Below, in pieces: positions 28,677 to 38,467 of a DNA stretch of 64,000 nt. Under the pieces are notes generated by a model. That model was not told where the DNA came from and searched no databases. It saw only the letters and a program-made list of their open reading frames with translations. Position 1 is the first letter of the stretch. The number at the start of each line of letters is the position of its first letter. Source of the DNA: an uncultured Gemmatimonadales bacterium (GTDB taxonomy: Bacteria > Gemmatimonadota > Gemmatimonadetes > Gemmatimonadales > GWC2-71-9); NCBI GenBank assembly GCA_963730915.1, contig CAVSTR010000004.1:407014-471013 (forward strand), written 5' to 3'. A program made the position numbers and the translations under genes.

Positions 28677-29122
28677 CCCTGCTGCCGTGATCGGAATCGG
28701 TCTTCCACCATCTGGGCCTGTTGTTCCATACCGTACGACGTGAATGGCTTGCCGGGCTCGACCTGATAGTCGTACGGGCTGGAGCCGATACCCAGCTTTC
28801 GGTAGAACAGATGGCGGAGCTGCTCCAAAGCCCCACGGGCGAAGTAACGGACCGGCCCCCACCTCTGGTATTGACCGCAGTGAGTCAGCTCGTGAGCCAG
28901 CACTGCAAGATTGTCGTCATGACCATCGGGGATGAACACTCGGTTTCCCAGCGCGATGGCACGTCCTCGACTGGCGACAAGAACTATGAGTCGCGCAAGG
29001 CCTGCCACACCCCTGCAGTTCGACCCATACACGCACACCCGCGAACAATCGAAGGCGAACGGTATGCATTCCTGGAGTCGTACACTCTCGTGATCGGCCA
29101 CGCTGCGCACGCCATTCTTCAT
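28655..29122 (-). CDS. DUF4157-like putative zinc metallopeptidase domain protein
   Basis: HELTHCGQYQ motif in the usual DUF4157 context. Start placed at the internal ATG at 29122. Confidence 0.6.
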   Translation of the reverse strand: MKNGVRSVADHESVRLQECIPFAFDCSRVCVYGSNCRGVAGLARLIVLVASRGRAIALGNRVFIPDGHDDNLAVLAHELTHCGQYQRWGPVRYFARGALEQLRHLFYRKLGIGSSPYDYQVEPGKPFTSYGMEQQAQMVEDRFRSRQQGHAMPSA

Positions 29123-29124
29123 GA

Positions 29125-30228
29125 CTACTCGGCGAGAAACTCTCCGACTGGTGCGAGCGACGCGATGTGATCGCACGCAATCTTGATGGTGGCCATCATC
29201 GGCACCGCCAGGATCGCCCCGGGGATACCCCACAAATACCACCAGAAAATCAGGCCGATGAACACAGCCACCGTGTTGAGTCGCATTCGGCGGCCCAGAA
29301 TCATCGGTGTGATCAGATTGCCTTCCAGGATGTTGATGACGGTGAATACCACCGGGACGAGCAAGGCCTCGGTTGCATTATCGAAGGCGAGAAAGGCCGC
29401 CAGCGTCAGGATGACGGTGTTGACCAGCCCTCCGATGTAAGGCACGAAGTTGAGCACCCCCGCAACAACACCCCATAGTACCGGATTCGGCATCCCGACC
29501 AACCACAGGGCGATTCCGGTAGCAACACCCACGCCGACGTTGATTATGGTGGTGGTGACGAGATACAGCGAGATTTGCGCTTGCGTGTCACGTACGATGT
29601 GCACCGCGGTCTTCTTGTCCTTGAGCTGCGGGAGCACCGCGACCAGCTTCTGGAGAAAAAGATCGCCTGAAGCAAGGAGGAAGTAGGTCAGAAAGATGAT
29701 CACCATGAGGGTGCTCAGAAGTGCCGTCGTTCCTCCGAAAACTTGTTTCGTGAGACTCGGGCCCTTGATCTCCACCTGGGGAGTCTTCTTGTCGAGATCC
29801 GTGGCCTCCTCCACCTGCTCCGCTGCCTGGCTGACCTTTTCAACCGGCTTCCGCAGTGGCTGGATCTTGCGTTCCAGTGTCGCCATGCTCTCCGGAGCTC
29901 GCGCTATCCAGGCGGTCGCCGCCGGCGCCAAGCGGTAGGCGCCAAAGACCACCACGCCGAGGAACACCAGAATCACAAGGCCGGCACCTAGCGCTTCGGG
30001 GAAGTGAAGATATTTCCGCATGGAGACCACTAGCGGACTGAGCAGCAGATTCAACAATATCGAAAGCACGATCGGCAGAATGAAGCTCTGGGCGATATGC
30101 AGCGTATACAGTATCGCCAGGAGGGCGAGCAGGAGCAGGGCAACGTGGCGCACATCGGCGCCGTCGCCCAACAAGCTGGCGGGCTCTTCCTCCTTGGCCG
30201 GCGGAGCTCCGCTTTCGGGATCGGTCAT
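29125..30228 (-). CDS. AI-2E family transporter (PerM/UPF0118)
   Basis: Multi-TM protein with the typical C-terminal block GLIFWWYLWGIPGAILAVPM. Confidence 0.8.
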   Translation of the reverse strand: MTDPESGAPPAKEEEPASLLGDGADVRHVALLLLALLAILYTLHIAQSFILPIVLSILLNLLLSPLVVSMRKYLHFPEALGAGLVILVFLGVVVFGAYRLAPAATAWIARAPESMATLERKIQPLRKPVEKVSQAAEQVEEATDLDKKTPQVEIKGPSLTKQVFGGTTALLSTLMVIIFLTYFLLASGDLFLQKLVAVLPQLKDKKTAVHIVRDTQAQISLYLVTTTIINVGVGVATGIALWLVGMPNPVLWGVVAGVLNFVPYIGGLVNTVILTLAAFLAFDNATEALLVPVVFTVINILEGNLITPMILGRRMRLNTVAVFIGLIFWWYLWGIPGAILAVPMMATIKIACDHIASLAPVGEFLAE

Positions 30229-30324
30229 ACGAGCCTGAGGGGCATGGCGTTCCCATCTCTCCGCTTCACTGTGTACTGTTCACCGTCACGCGGGTGGGCA
30301 TCCTTACAGTCGGAATAGAGTAGA

Positions 30325-31092
30325 ATGCCGCGACTCTGGCAAACCGTCATCTCGATCTGGGCCTGGCTGGTTCTGGTCGTCTGCATCCTGCTCTGGTTTC
30401 CGATCGTCCTGGTGGCACGACTGCTCACCGCTCCCTTCGATTCCGGCCGCTACGTCCCGGGGCTGATCTTCCGTAAAATTGCCGTCGCCATGGCATCGGT
30501 GAACCCCCTGTGGCACTTCCGCTATTCGGGAGCCCTGCCTCCGGACCCGCGAAGGCCCTACGTGGTCGTCTCGAACCATGAATCGTTCAGCGACATCCTT
30601 CTGATCAGCCATCTGCCCTGGGAGATGAAATGGCTCTCGAAGGCAGAGCTCTTTCGCATCCCCATCATGGGATGGATGATGTGGCTGGTGGGCGACATTC
30701 CCGTCAAGCGAGGGTTCGGTCCCAGCGCTCTCGAAGCGATGGCTCGCTGCAGGAAAGCGCTCGAGAGCAGGGTTTCCGTCATGATCTTTCCCGAGGGGAC
30801 CCGCTCGAAGACCGCGGAGCTGCTCCCGTTCAAGGATGGCGCGTTCCGCCTGGCGATCGAGGCCGGAGTTCCCATTCTACCGCTGGCGGTATCGGGCACG
30901 AGTACGGCGCTTCGAAAGCACGACTGGCGGTTCGGGAAATCAGTCGCCGAGGTCAGGGTACTGCCGGCAGTGCAGACAGAGGGTCTGCAGCTGGCTGATG
31001 TGCCGGCGCTGAAGAATCGGGTCCGAGCCATGATCGTCGAAGCCCGTGATGTGCTCGCAGCCAACCGCAGGGATCTCGGCAAACCGGCGTAG
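30325..31092 (+). CDS. plsC: 1-acyl-sn-glycerol-3-phosphate acyltransferase family protein
   Basis: NHESFSD (HX4D) and FPEGTRS motifs. Confidence 0.85.
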   Translation: MPRLWQTVISIWAWLVLVVCILLWFPIVLVARLLTAPFDSGRYVPGLIFRKIAVAMASVNPLWHFRYSGALPPDPRRPYVVVSNHESFSDILLISHLPWEMKWLSKAELFRIPIMGWMMWLVGDIPVKRGFGPSALEAMARCRKALESRVSVMIFPEGTRSKTAELLPFKDGAFRLAIEAGVPILPLAVSGTSTALRKHDWRFGKSVAEVRVLPAVQTEGLQLADVPALKNRVRAMIVEARDVLAANRRDLGKPA

Positions 31093-31097
31093 ACGAC

Positions 31098-32006
31098 TCA
31101 GCGGCCCAGATCGCCGGGAGCGCGCACCCGCCCCACTGCGCCCGCCAGTGCCAGGAGCGTGAGGGCGTATGGAAGCATCAGGAACAGTTGGTATGGCACG
31201 GCGAGGTCCAGCGCCTGGAAGAGGTACTGAAGCGCGATGGTCACGCCGAGGAAGAGGGAGCCAAGCGCGACACCGGCCGGATGCCAGCGGCCCAGCACCA
31301 CGATGGCGATCGCGACGTAGCCGCGGCCCGCGGTCATCCCTTCGGCAAAGCTGCCCACCTGAGCCAACACGAGACTCGCACCGGCCAATCCCGCAAATCC
31401 GCCTCCCACAACAGTAGCGGCCGAGCGAATCATCCTCGTGGGAACGCCGGCTGCCTGGGCCATGGCACCCGACTCACCGGTCGCACGAAGCGCCAGTCCT
31501 ATCCGCGTTCGAAACAGCATCCACCACACCAGCGGCAACGCCGCAAAGGCGATGTAGGTCGGAGCCGGCTGAGCGAACAGCGCCGGCCCGAGTACGGGAA
31601 TGCGAGAGAGGCCCGGAATCGAGAGCGGTGGAAGTGTCGGGATGCTCAGCCCGGCGCCACTCATCCCGTAAACCTGGCGATAGATGGTGCCGGTGAGTCC
31701 GAGTGCGGCAAGTGTTATGGCGGTCCCGGTGATGATCTGGTCGGCACGGGCACCAATCGCCAGCAAAGCGAACGCGACGGCCAGAATCATCCCCGCGGCG
31801 AGAGCACACAGGACGCCGGCCCAGGGTCCCCACGCCGTCGCACCGAGCGTCGCCGCGAGCGCACCGGCCAGCATCATGCCTTCGATGCCCAGGTTGATCA
31901 CGCCTGCCCGCTCGGTAACCGTCTCGCCGGTTGCGGCCAGCATGAGCGGCGTGGCGACTCGCACGGCCGCGGCAAGAAATCCGCCGACCACCACGAGGAT
32001 GTCCAT
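31098..32006 (-). CDS. ABC transporter permease (BMP/nucleoside-type importer)
   Basis: Multi-TM protein, contiguous with the partner permease and ATPase. Confidence 0.8.
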   Translation of the reverse strand: MDILVVVGGFLAAAVRVATPLMLAATGETVTERAGVINLGIEGMMLAGALAATLGATAWGPWAGVLCALAAGMILAVAFALLAIGARADQIITGTAITLAALGLTGTIYRQVYGMSGAGLSIPTLPPLSIPGLSRIPVLGPALFAQPAPTYIAFAALPLVWWMLFRTRIGLALRATGESGAMAQAAGVPTRMIRSAATVVGGGFAGLAGASLVLAQVGSFAEGMTAGRGYVAIAIVVLGRWHPAGVALGSLFLGVTIALQYLFQALDLAVPYQLFLMLPYALTLLALAGAVGRVRAPGDLGR

Positions 32007-33065
32007 TCAGGCGGAAGCCCGAGGTGTGATCCTTCTGCGCACCGCACCTCGTAGGCGGATCCAGCCTCCGGGCGGCGCCGTTGCCAGCAGTGCGATGATG
32101 ATGATGATGGCTTCGACCACGTTGACCGTCACTGCCGGAACTCCGGCTTCCCGCTGCATCGCGCCGGCACCGGCCTGCAGCGCGCCGAACAGGATACCCG
32201 CGAGTACGACCCCGGCCGGATGCAGACCGCCGAGCAGTGCCACCGCGATTCCGGTGAAGCCATAGCCCGGAGAAAGATTCTGAAAGAGCGCGTAGGAAAC
32301 GCCGCTGACTTCTACGCCGCCGGCAAGCCCTGCGATTGCTCCCGAGAGCAATAGCGCCACCGCACCCATGCGCTGGCTATCGATGCGCCCGCTGACCTCA
32401 GCTGCTTTGGGACCCAGACCCACCGCACGCAACCGGAACCCCCACAGGGTCCGCGCGAAGATGTACCAGAGGATCACTCCGGCGAGTAAGGCGATCACCA
32501 AACCTGCGTGCAGTCTGGAGCCGGGAAGGAGGAGGGGAAGGCGCGCGGCCTCGGGAATCGCTTCGCTCTGAGGGTAGATGCGCTCTCGCTCCTGCAGCGG
32601 ACCCTGTACCATCAGGCTCACGAGCGATACGGCTATGAAGTTCAGCAAGAGGGTGCTGATCACCTCCAGCACACCGTAGCGCAGCTTCAGCCAGACCGGG
32701 ATGACCACCCACAAGAGCCCGGCTATCGCTGCGGCAATGAGCAGGAGCGCGACAGCGACGATTTTCGGAGCCGCTCCAAGCTGCAATCCGACCCACGTGG
32801 CGGCTATCGCACCGGCGTAGAACTGGCCCTCCGCACCGATGTTGAGTGCGCCGCCCCGAAACGCGATGGCAATGCCCAGGCCTATGAGAATCAGGGGTAC
32901 CGCACGGACCAGTGTCGCCGAAGTGAATGCATCCCAGGAGCCGAAGGAGCCCGACCACAGCGCTCCGAGCGATATTGCGGAATCAAAACCTGCCAACTGC
33001 AGGCCGATGATGAGCGCAGCGAGACCCAGAGCAACGGCGGCAACTGCAGAGTAGAGCGGCTTCAC
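32007..33065 (-). CDS. ABC transporter permease (BMP/nucleoside-type importer)
   Basis: Multi-TM protein with a 4-nt overlap with the ATPase gene. Confidence 0.8.
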   Translation of the reverse strand: MKPLYSAVAAVALGLAALIIGLQLAGFDSAISLGALWSGSFGSWDAFTSATLVRAVPLILIGLGIAIAFRGGALNIGAEGQFYAGAIAATWVGLQLGAAPKIVAVALLLIAAAIAGLLWVVIPVWLKLRYGVLEVISTLLLNFIAVSLVSLMVQGPLQERERIYPQSEAIPEAARLPLLLPGSRLHAGLVIALLAGVILWYIFARTLWGFRLRAVGLGPKAAEVSGRIDSQRMGAVALLLSGAIAGLAGGVEVSGVSYALFQNLSPGYGFTGIAVALLGGLHPAGVVLAGILFGALQAGAGAMQREAGVPAVTVNVVEAIIIIIALLATAPPGGWIRLRGAVRRRITPRASA

Positions 33066-34528
33066 ACCTCCGGTCCGGGATGAAGCATCATGGTCCCGAT
33101 CTCTGCTCGCGAAGCCTGGGGCGGCACCTCCCTGATTACGCCTCTCGTGACAACGACGATCCGGTCTGCCAACTCCATCACCTCGTCCAGGTCGGCGGAG
33201 TGGAAGAGCACGGAGGCTCCAGCTGCTGCCGCGGAGCGGAGCCGGGCGTGCACGTCCCGTGTTGCCCGTATATCGAGCCCGCGGGTCGGGTTCTCGGCAA
33301 CGACCACGGCGGGAGCTTGAAACAGCTCTCGAGCGACGACGAGCTTCTGCTGGTTACCCCCGCTCAGGGCGCCGGCACGCGTGCGCGCACCGGTCGATAC
33401 GATGTCGAGATCCTGGAGTAGCTTGACCGTGGTGCGCTCCGCTTCTGCCCAGTCTACCCGTCCCTTCCGTATCCAGGGTACATGCTCGCCGAGCCCGAGC
33501 ACCACGTTCTCGGTGAGAGTGAAGGAGGAGATCAGGCCTTCGGATGTACGGTCCTCCGGAATGAAGCCGACGGGCTGAGAGACCTGGAGCTTGCCACGGA
33601 GAGGAACGATGCGACCGGCAACCGCACGCAGCAGCTCTCGCTGGCCATTTCCCTCGATCGCCGCGACCCCAACCACTTCACCTGCACGCACTGAAAGCGT
33701 GGCGTGTCGAATCGCGATGCCATAGCCACTTTCCCTCGAGAGCTCCAACGAGTCGCAGCGTATTGTCTCCTGTGCAACCGTGCCGGCAGAGCGCGGAGCG
33801 GGCTCAGGGGATACAGCTGCTCCTTCTCCAATCATTGCTCGCGCCAGCGACGCCACGGTTTGGTCTCCAGTCGTGCTGGTCAGTACAACCGAGCCCTGCC
33901 GCAAAACCGTGATCCGGTCAGAGGCACGAAGGGCCTCGTCCAGCTTGTGTGTGATCAACACTGCTGCGCCACCGCGGGCGGTAAAGGCGCGAATCATCTC
34001 GAGGAGTTCCTCGGCTTCGGGCGGCGCGAGTACCGCGGTAGGCTCATCGAGCAACAGAATCACGGCGTCGGTGGCCAGTGCTTTCACCACCTCGAGCCGC
34101 TGCTTGAGCGACGCCGATAGTCGTCCGGCACGCTGATCCGGATCCAACGGCAGCCCCATGCGCTCACTCAGATCGCGGGTCCGCTCCCGGATCTCACTCG
34201 GCACCACCCGCCATCCAGCGGTCAAAGCCACGTTCTCGGCGACGGTCAGCGCAGGGATCGAAGTGAAATGCTGGTGAACCATCCCAATCCCAAACGAACG
34301 AGCGGAACGGGGGGTGCTGATGCGCCGGCTGGTCCCGTTCAGTCGAATTCCACCCGCATCGGCACGCTGGAGCCCGTAGGCAACGTGCATGAGCGTGGAT
34401 TTGCCCGCGCCGTTTTCACCAAGGAGCGCGTGAACCTCCCCGGGGTGCAGGAGAAAGTCGACCCCGCGCAGTGCATGCACGGGGCCGAAGCGCTTATGGA
34501 TTCCGGTAAGCTCCAGTAAGGACGTCAC
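33062..34528 (-). CDS. ABC transporter ATP-binding protein with duplicated NBDs
   Basis: GENGAGKST Walker A, LLLDEPT Walker B, and a second signature LSGGNQQK. Confidence 0.88.
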   Translation of the reverse strand: MTSLLELTGIHKRFGPVHALRGVDFLLHPGEVHALLGENGAGKSTLMHVAYGLQRADAGGIRLNGTSRRISTPRSARSFGIGMVHQHFTSIPALTVAENVALTAGWRVVPSEIRERTRDLSERMGLPLDPDQRAGRLSASLKQRLEVVKALATDAVILLLDEPTAVLAPPEAEELLEMIRAFTARGGAAVLITHKLDEALRASDRITVLRQGSVVLTSTTGDQTVASLARAMIGEGAAVSPEPAPRSAGTVAQETIRCDSLELSRESGYGIAIRHATLSVRAGEVVGVAAIEGNGQRELLRAVAGRIVPLRGKLQVSQPVGFIPEDRTSEGLISSFTLTENVVLGLGEHVPWIRKGRVDWAEAERTTVKLLQDLDIVSTGARTRAGALSGGNQQKLVVARELFQAPAVVVAENPTRGLDIRATRDVHARLRSAAAAGASVLFHSADLDEVMELADRIVVVTRGVIREVPPQASRAEIGTMMLHPGPEV

Positions 34529-35326
34529 TCAGAGCCCGGTTGGGTGATCGTGGAAATCCCAATCGATGTCGAACTGCTCGGCCAGATGTGATGCCATGGC
34601 CTGAACACCGAGCGTCTCGGTGGCATAGTGTCCCGCATAGATCACATTGAGACCCCACTCCATGGCATCGAAGTAGCTATGGTGGGGACCCTCGCCCGTG
34701 ATGAAGGTGTCGAGTCCGGCGTCGCGAGCGGCCGCAATCATGCTGCCGGCGGCTCCAGTGATGATCCCGATCCGTCCGGGCTTCTCGGGCCCGCCGGCGA
34801 TCAGAGTGGCGCTGCCTTTGAGCGTACGCAGCACGCGGTCCAGCTCCAGAGCCAGAGCTTCTCGCGAATTCAGACTGGGTGGACTCTGTCCCCAGACTCC
34901 AATTGCCAGACCACGATACTCCCCGAACCATCCTTCCACTCGCATCCCCAGCCGCTCGGCGAGCACGGCGTTGTTTCCGACTTCCGGATGCACGTCCAGT
35001 GGGTTATGTGCCGCGTACAGAGGAATGTCGTGATCGAGAAGCCCGGCGAGGCGCCGGTAGCGCCGGCCGGTCACAGGAACGCTGCCATCCCAGAACAGGC
35101 CATGATGGACCAGGAGCAGTGGCGGAGCCTCGGTGGGTTCCAGGGCGGCAATCACGCCATCGATGGTTGCCTGGGAGGCGTCCACCGCAGCCACGATCGA
35201 TCCGATCATCCCTGTGTTTTCGACTTGAAGGCCGTTGAACGCCCTGGGATCATCCGGTATTTCCCTGATCCGCAGATACTGATCCAGGTATGCCGCCACA
35301 TCGGACAGAGGAACACCTGCGGGCAT
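34529..35326 (-). CDS. Nif3-like dinuclear metal centre protein
   Basis: Nif3 family blocks: VHHGLFW, AHNPLD, and a C-terminal HYATE. Confidence 0.8.
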   Translation of the reverse strand: MPAGVPLSDVAAYLDQYLRIREIPDDPRAFNGLQVENTGMIGSIVAAVDASQATIDGVIAALEPTEAPPLLLVHHGLFWDGSVPVTGRRYRRLAGLLDHDIPLYAAHNPLDVHPEVGNNAVLAERLGMRVEGWFGEYRGLAIGVWGQSPPSLNSREALALELDRVLRTLKGSATLIAGGPEKPGRIGIITGAAGSMIAAARDAGLDTFITGEGPHHSYFDAMEWGLNVIYAGHYATETLGVQAMASHLAEQFDIDWDFHDHPTGL

Positions 35327-35331
35327 CTTTC

Positions 35332-36360
35332 CTATCCCTCCATGCTCCGAGGTCGAGGTGCGGCAATCAGGGTTCCCGCGATGAGCGAGTCCGACGCAGC
35401 CTTCATCCTGTCACGCAGGCGACTCGGAATCAGGCTATCGAGCCTCGGATTGGACCGGTAGGCGACCACACTGTCCCTCAGCCCAAAGATCCGCGTGCGC
35501 GCCTCAAAGTGGCCCGATCGTACCTCCGAAGCCACCAGGAGGAAGGCGCGCGGAAGATCGATCACGGCACTACCCAGCACCCGATCCTCGGCTAGTGCAG
35601 TCTGATCGGCATTCGCCCCGAACACGTACACCCCGCGATGCTCCTTGGCGGCCTGGAAAAGCCCCAACGCTGCTGCGTCGGCATTGTGGTGGAACATGTC
35701 GGCGCCTGCTCTGATGAGCGCCACCGCTGCTTCCCGCCCGGCGGCGGCATCGTCGAAGCTGTTTAGATAGATCTCCCGACTCTGGATTCGCGGGTTCACC
35801 GACCGAGCGCCGTTCCTCCAGCCCTGGTAGGCGGCCTTGATAGGCGGGAGCTCTATGCCACCGATGAAGCCGAGAATGTTGCTCCGGGTCAGCCCACCGG
35901 CGACCATGCCCGCGAGATAGCTCGCCTCTTCGAGCCGAAAGATGAGGGGCACGACGTTTCCGCGAGTTCTTCTTCCTGAGGTAACGATGATGACCGTCTT
36001 GGGATAGTCCCGGGAGATCCGCTCCGCGGCATCTTGAAATTCGAAGCCGTGCGCAAAGACAAGGTCGTAGCCTTGGGCCGCGTAGGTTCGGAGAGCTTCG
36101 CTCTGTTCGGAGGGGGTACGTGCCTCGATATGGCTGGTCTGAACTCGAAGGGAATCCTGGATTCGCACCAACCCCTGGTAGGCTGCTGAATTCCAGGCAG
36201 CGTCGGCCACGGAGCCGGGCGTGATCAGGGCGACACGCATCCCACCAGTGTCAGGCGCAGAGCAGGAGGCTAAGGACACCAACAGTACAGCGTAGATGCA
36301 TCCAAGCCGCACTGTCGCCCTCAAACTTTTTATTTCCACAGACTTAGGTGGCTTTATCAA
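35332..36360 (-). CDS. BMP family ABC transporter substrate-binding lipoprotein
   Basis: Lipobox-like LVSLASC and a BMP-type fold pattern. Confidence 0.8.
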   Translation of the reverse strand: MIKPPKSVEIKSLRATVRLGCIYAVLLVSLASCSAPDTGGMRVALITPGSVADAAWNSAAYQGLVRIQDSLRVQTSHIEARTPSEQSEALRTYAAQGYDLVFAHGFEFQDAAERISRDYPKTVIIVTSGRRTRGNVVPLIFRLEEASYLAGMVAGGLTRSNILGFIGGIELPPIKAAYQGWRNGARSVNPRIQSREIYLNSFDDAAAGREAAVALIRAGADMFHHNADAAALGLFQAAKEHRGVYVFGANADQTALAEDRVLGSAVIDLPRAFLLVASEVRSGHFEARTRIFGLRDSVVAYRSNPRLDSLIPSRLRDRMKAASDSLIAGTLIAAPRPRSMEG

Positions 36361-36783
36361 CTATTGTGGGGAATTTTCGCCCGACTCGGACCTTTTCGCC
36401 GCGTCCATCTTGACCTCACCGGTAATCCGAGCCCCTTCAATGATGGAGATTCGCGGCGTGAGGATATCGCCAGCCACCATAGCAGTGGCGAGAAGTTCGA
36501 CCCGTTCTCGGGCGTGGATGGCGCCGCTCACCTGACCTGCGATGACCGCCTCCTGGGTATGGAGATCACCTTCGATCACAGCTCCTTGGGATACCAGCAC
36601 CTGGGCCCCGACGCGCACAGTTCCACGCACTCGTCCTTCAACCCGGACCACGCCCTCTGTCTCCAGGTCGCCTATTACTGTCATGTCGCTGGCGATGATC
36701 GAGAACGGTATCTGGTCGGTCTTGCGCCGCCGCAGCTCATTTCCCTCTTCATCACGCGCGGCATTGCTGAAAATTCCCATCAA
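36361..36783 (-). CDS. Bactofilin (polymer-forming cytoskeletal protein)
   Basis: Repetitive beta-helix pattern: IGDLETEGVVRVEGRVRGTVRVGAQVLVSQGAVIEGDLH.. Confidence 0.85.
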   Translation of the reverse strand: MMGIFSNAARDEEGNELRRRKTDQIPFSIIASDMTVIGDLETEGVVRVEGRVRGTVRVGAQVLVSQGAVIEGDLHTQEAVIAGQVSGAIHARERVELLATAMVAGDILTPRISIIEGARITGEVKMDAAKRSESGENSPQ

Positions 36784-37574
36784 CCACCCTCCTTCACCAA
36801 GGTCTGTGGATCCAGGGACAACCCGCGCTGCCTGATTTCGAAGTGGAGATGTGGGGCTGTGGACCGGCCAGTGTTGCCGCTCAGGCCAATGACCTGCTGC
36901 GGGCCAACACTGTCATTAGCTGCCACCAAGATGCGTGAGAGGTGTCCGTACATCGTTTGGTACCCGTCCAAGTGCTCCAGCAATACGAATAGCCCGTATT
37001 CTGGATCCTCTCCCCGCTGGCGCACCACTGCGCCACCGGACGCGCGGACCAAACTTCCCACGGGCACCGCGATATCGATGCCCGGGTGCGCCTCGTCTCG
37101 ACCGCCTGCTTTCACCTGACCCCGAGTGACGTAGCCGGTTTCATCCAGAGGCCAATGCTGTGGTACTCCTACTCCGATACTGAGCGGCCTTCGAGCGCCC
37201 GCCAGTCGGGCGCGGATGGGCGGCGCGACGGGAAGGGAGGAGGCTATAGTGAGCGGATCCCGGATAATTGTACCGCCCAGCATCTGACGCACCTGGGCAT
37301 ATCGCGATTCGACGCTGTCCAGGGCCGCCGACAACTCTCGGACCTTGGCGTTTTCCGCCCGCAGCCGCGCCAGCTCCCGCTCCATGCCTGGAACCCGGGC
37401 GGCGGCTCGGAGGGTGGGGCCATAGAGAGCCGCCAGCAGGACTAGCAATACTCCGAAAGCGGCGAGCGACCAGGCTCCAAACTTCACCACCCAGAGGCGA
37501 ACACGATAGCTCTTCGTCCTCGTCGTCCCGTCCTTTTGAATCAGGAGGGTGACGAAGCGCGGCCGCCTCTTCAC
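36780..37574 (-). CDS. M23 family metallopeptidase (LytM-like)
   Basis: HPGIDIA ... GNTGRSTAPHLHFEI. Confidence 0.88.
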   Translation of the reverse strand: MKRRPRFVTLLIQKDGTTRTKSYRVRLWVVKFGAWSLAAFGVLLVLLAALYGPTLRAAARVPGMERELARLRAENAKVRELSAALDSVESRYAQVRQMLGGTIIRDPLTIASSLPVAPPIRARLAGARRPLSIGVGVPQHWPLDETGYVTRGQVKAGGRDEAHPGIDIAVPVGSLVRASGGAVVRQRGEDPEYGLFVLLEHLDGYQTMYGHLSRILVAANDSVGPQQVIGLSGNTGRSTAPHLHFEIRQRGLSLDPQTLVKEGG

Positions 37575-38467
37575 CCTGCGAATGGTTCACCCAGGATCAG
37601 CTCGAGCACACGAGCGAGATCGTCGTTGGAGTAGTAGCTGATGCTCAGGAAGCCGCGGCCCCTGCGGCGGGCGGTCACACGGACATCGGTGCCCAGCCGC
37701 TTTCGGAGGGCATCTTCGACGCGCCGGACGTCTGCGGTAGGCATTTTTTGAGGAGCACGGGTGCGCGTACCATTGGAGGGCAAGAGGACTGGAGCCGACG
37801 ACGTCTCTCCCCGAGCACGTGCCTCCATATCACGCACCGACCATCCCTGACTCACTGCTTCCTGAGCGAGCCGGATAACCTCGGGCTCCGTTTCCACTGC
37901 CAGGAGCGCGCGTGCGTGGCCTTCTGAGAGCTTGCCCTGTTGCACGAGTGCTTTCACCTCATCGGGAAGCTTCAGGAGTCGGAGAAGATTCGCCACGGTA
38001 GAGCGGTTCCGCCCCACCAGGCGCGCGATCTCTGACTGCGGCAGCTTGAATTCCTCGCCCAGGCGCTGGTAGCCGGCTGCCTCGTCGATGGGGGTGAGAT
38101 CGTTGCGCTGCAGATTCTCAATGAGAGCGAGGGTAAGGAGGGTTTGGTCATCCACGTCCTTGACGACGGCAGGGATCTTTGCCCAACCCAAACGCTGAAT
38201 TGCCCGCCAGCGGCGCTCACCCGCAATGAGCTCGAACTTTCCATTCTTCGGTCGGACAATGACCGGCTGCAACAGACCCGAGGCCTCTATCGAGGCAGTC
38301 AGCTCAACCAGGGCCTCCTCATTTATCTCGGTGCGCGGCTGATACGGATTGGGAAGAAGGCTGCTGAGGGGAAGCTCCCGCAGCGCTCCTTCCGCCTGCG
38401 CCTGCTCCTTCGACACAGTACCCAGCAATGCCTCGAGGCCACGACCCAAACGCTTCGTTTCGCTCAT
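37571..38467 (-). CDS. parB: Chromosome partitioning protein ParB
   Basis: RGLEALLG, NPYQPR, and the GERRWRA box. Confidence 0.92.
   Translation of the reverse strand: MSETKRLGRGLEALLGTVSKEQAQAEGALRELPLSSLLPNPYQPRTEINEEALVELTASIEASGLLQPVIVRPKNGKFELIAGERRWRAIQRLGWAKIPAVVKDVDDQTLLTLALIENLQRNDLTPIDEAAGYQRLGEEFKLPQSEIARLVGRNRSTVANLLRLLKLPDEVKALVQQGKLSEGHARALLAVETEPEVIRLAQEAVSQGWSVRDMEARARGETSSAPVLLPSNGTRTRAPQKMPTADVRRVEDALRKRLGTDVRVTARRRGRGFLSISYYSNDDLARVLELILGEPFAG

Noticed and set aside
28655-29122. Extracellular contractile injection system, because DUF4157-type domains occur in eCIS loci.
   Set aside because: No sheath, tube, baseplate or ATPase genes are nearby. It is a single orphan domain protein among unrelated housekeeping genes.
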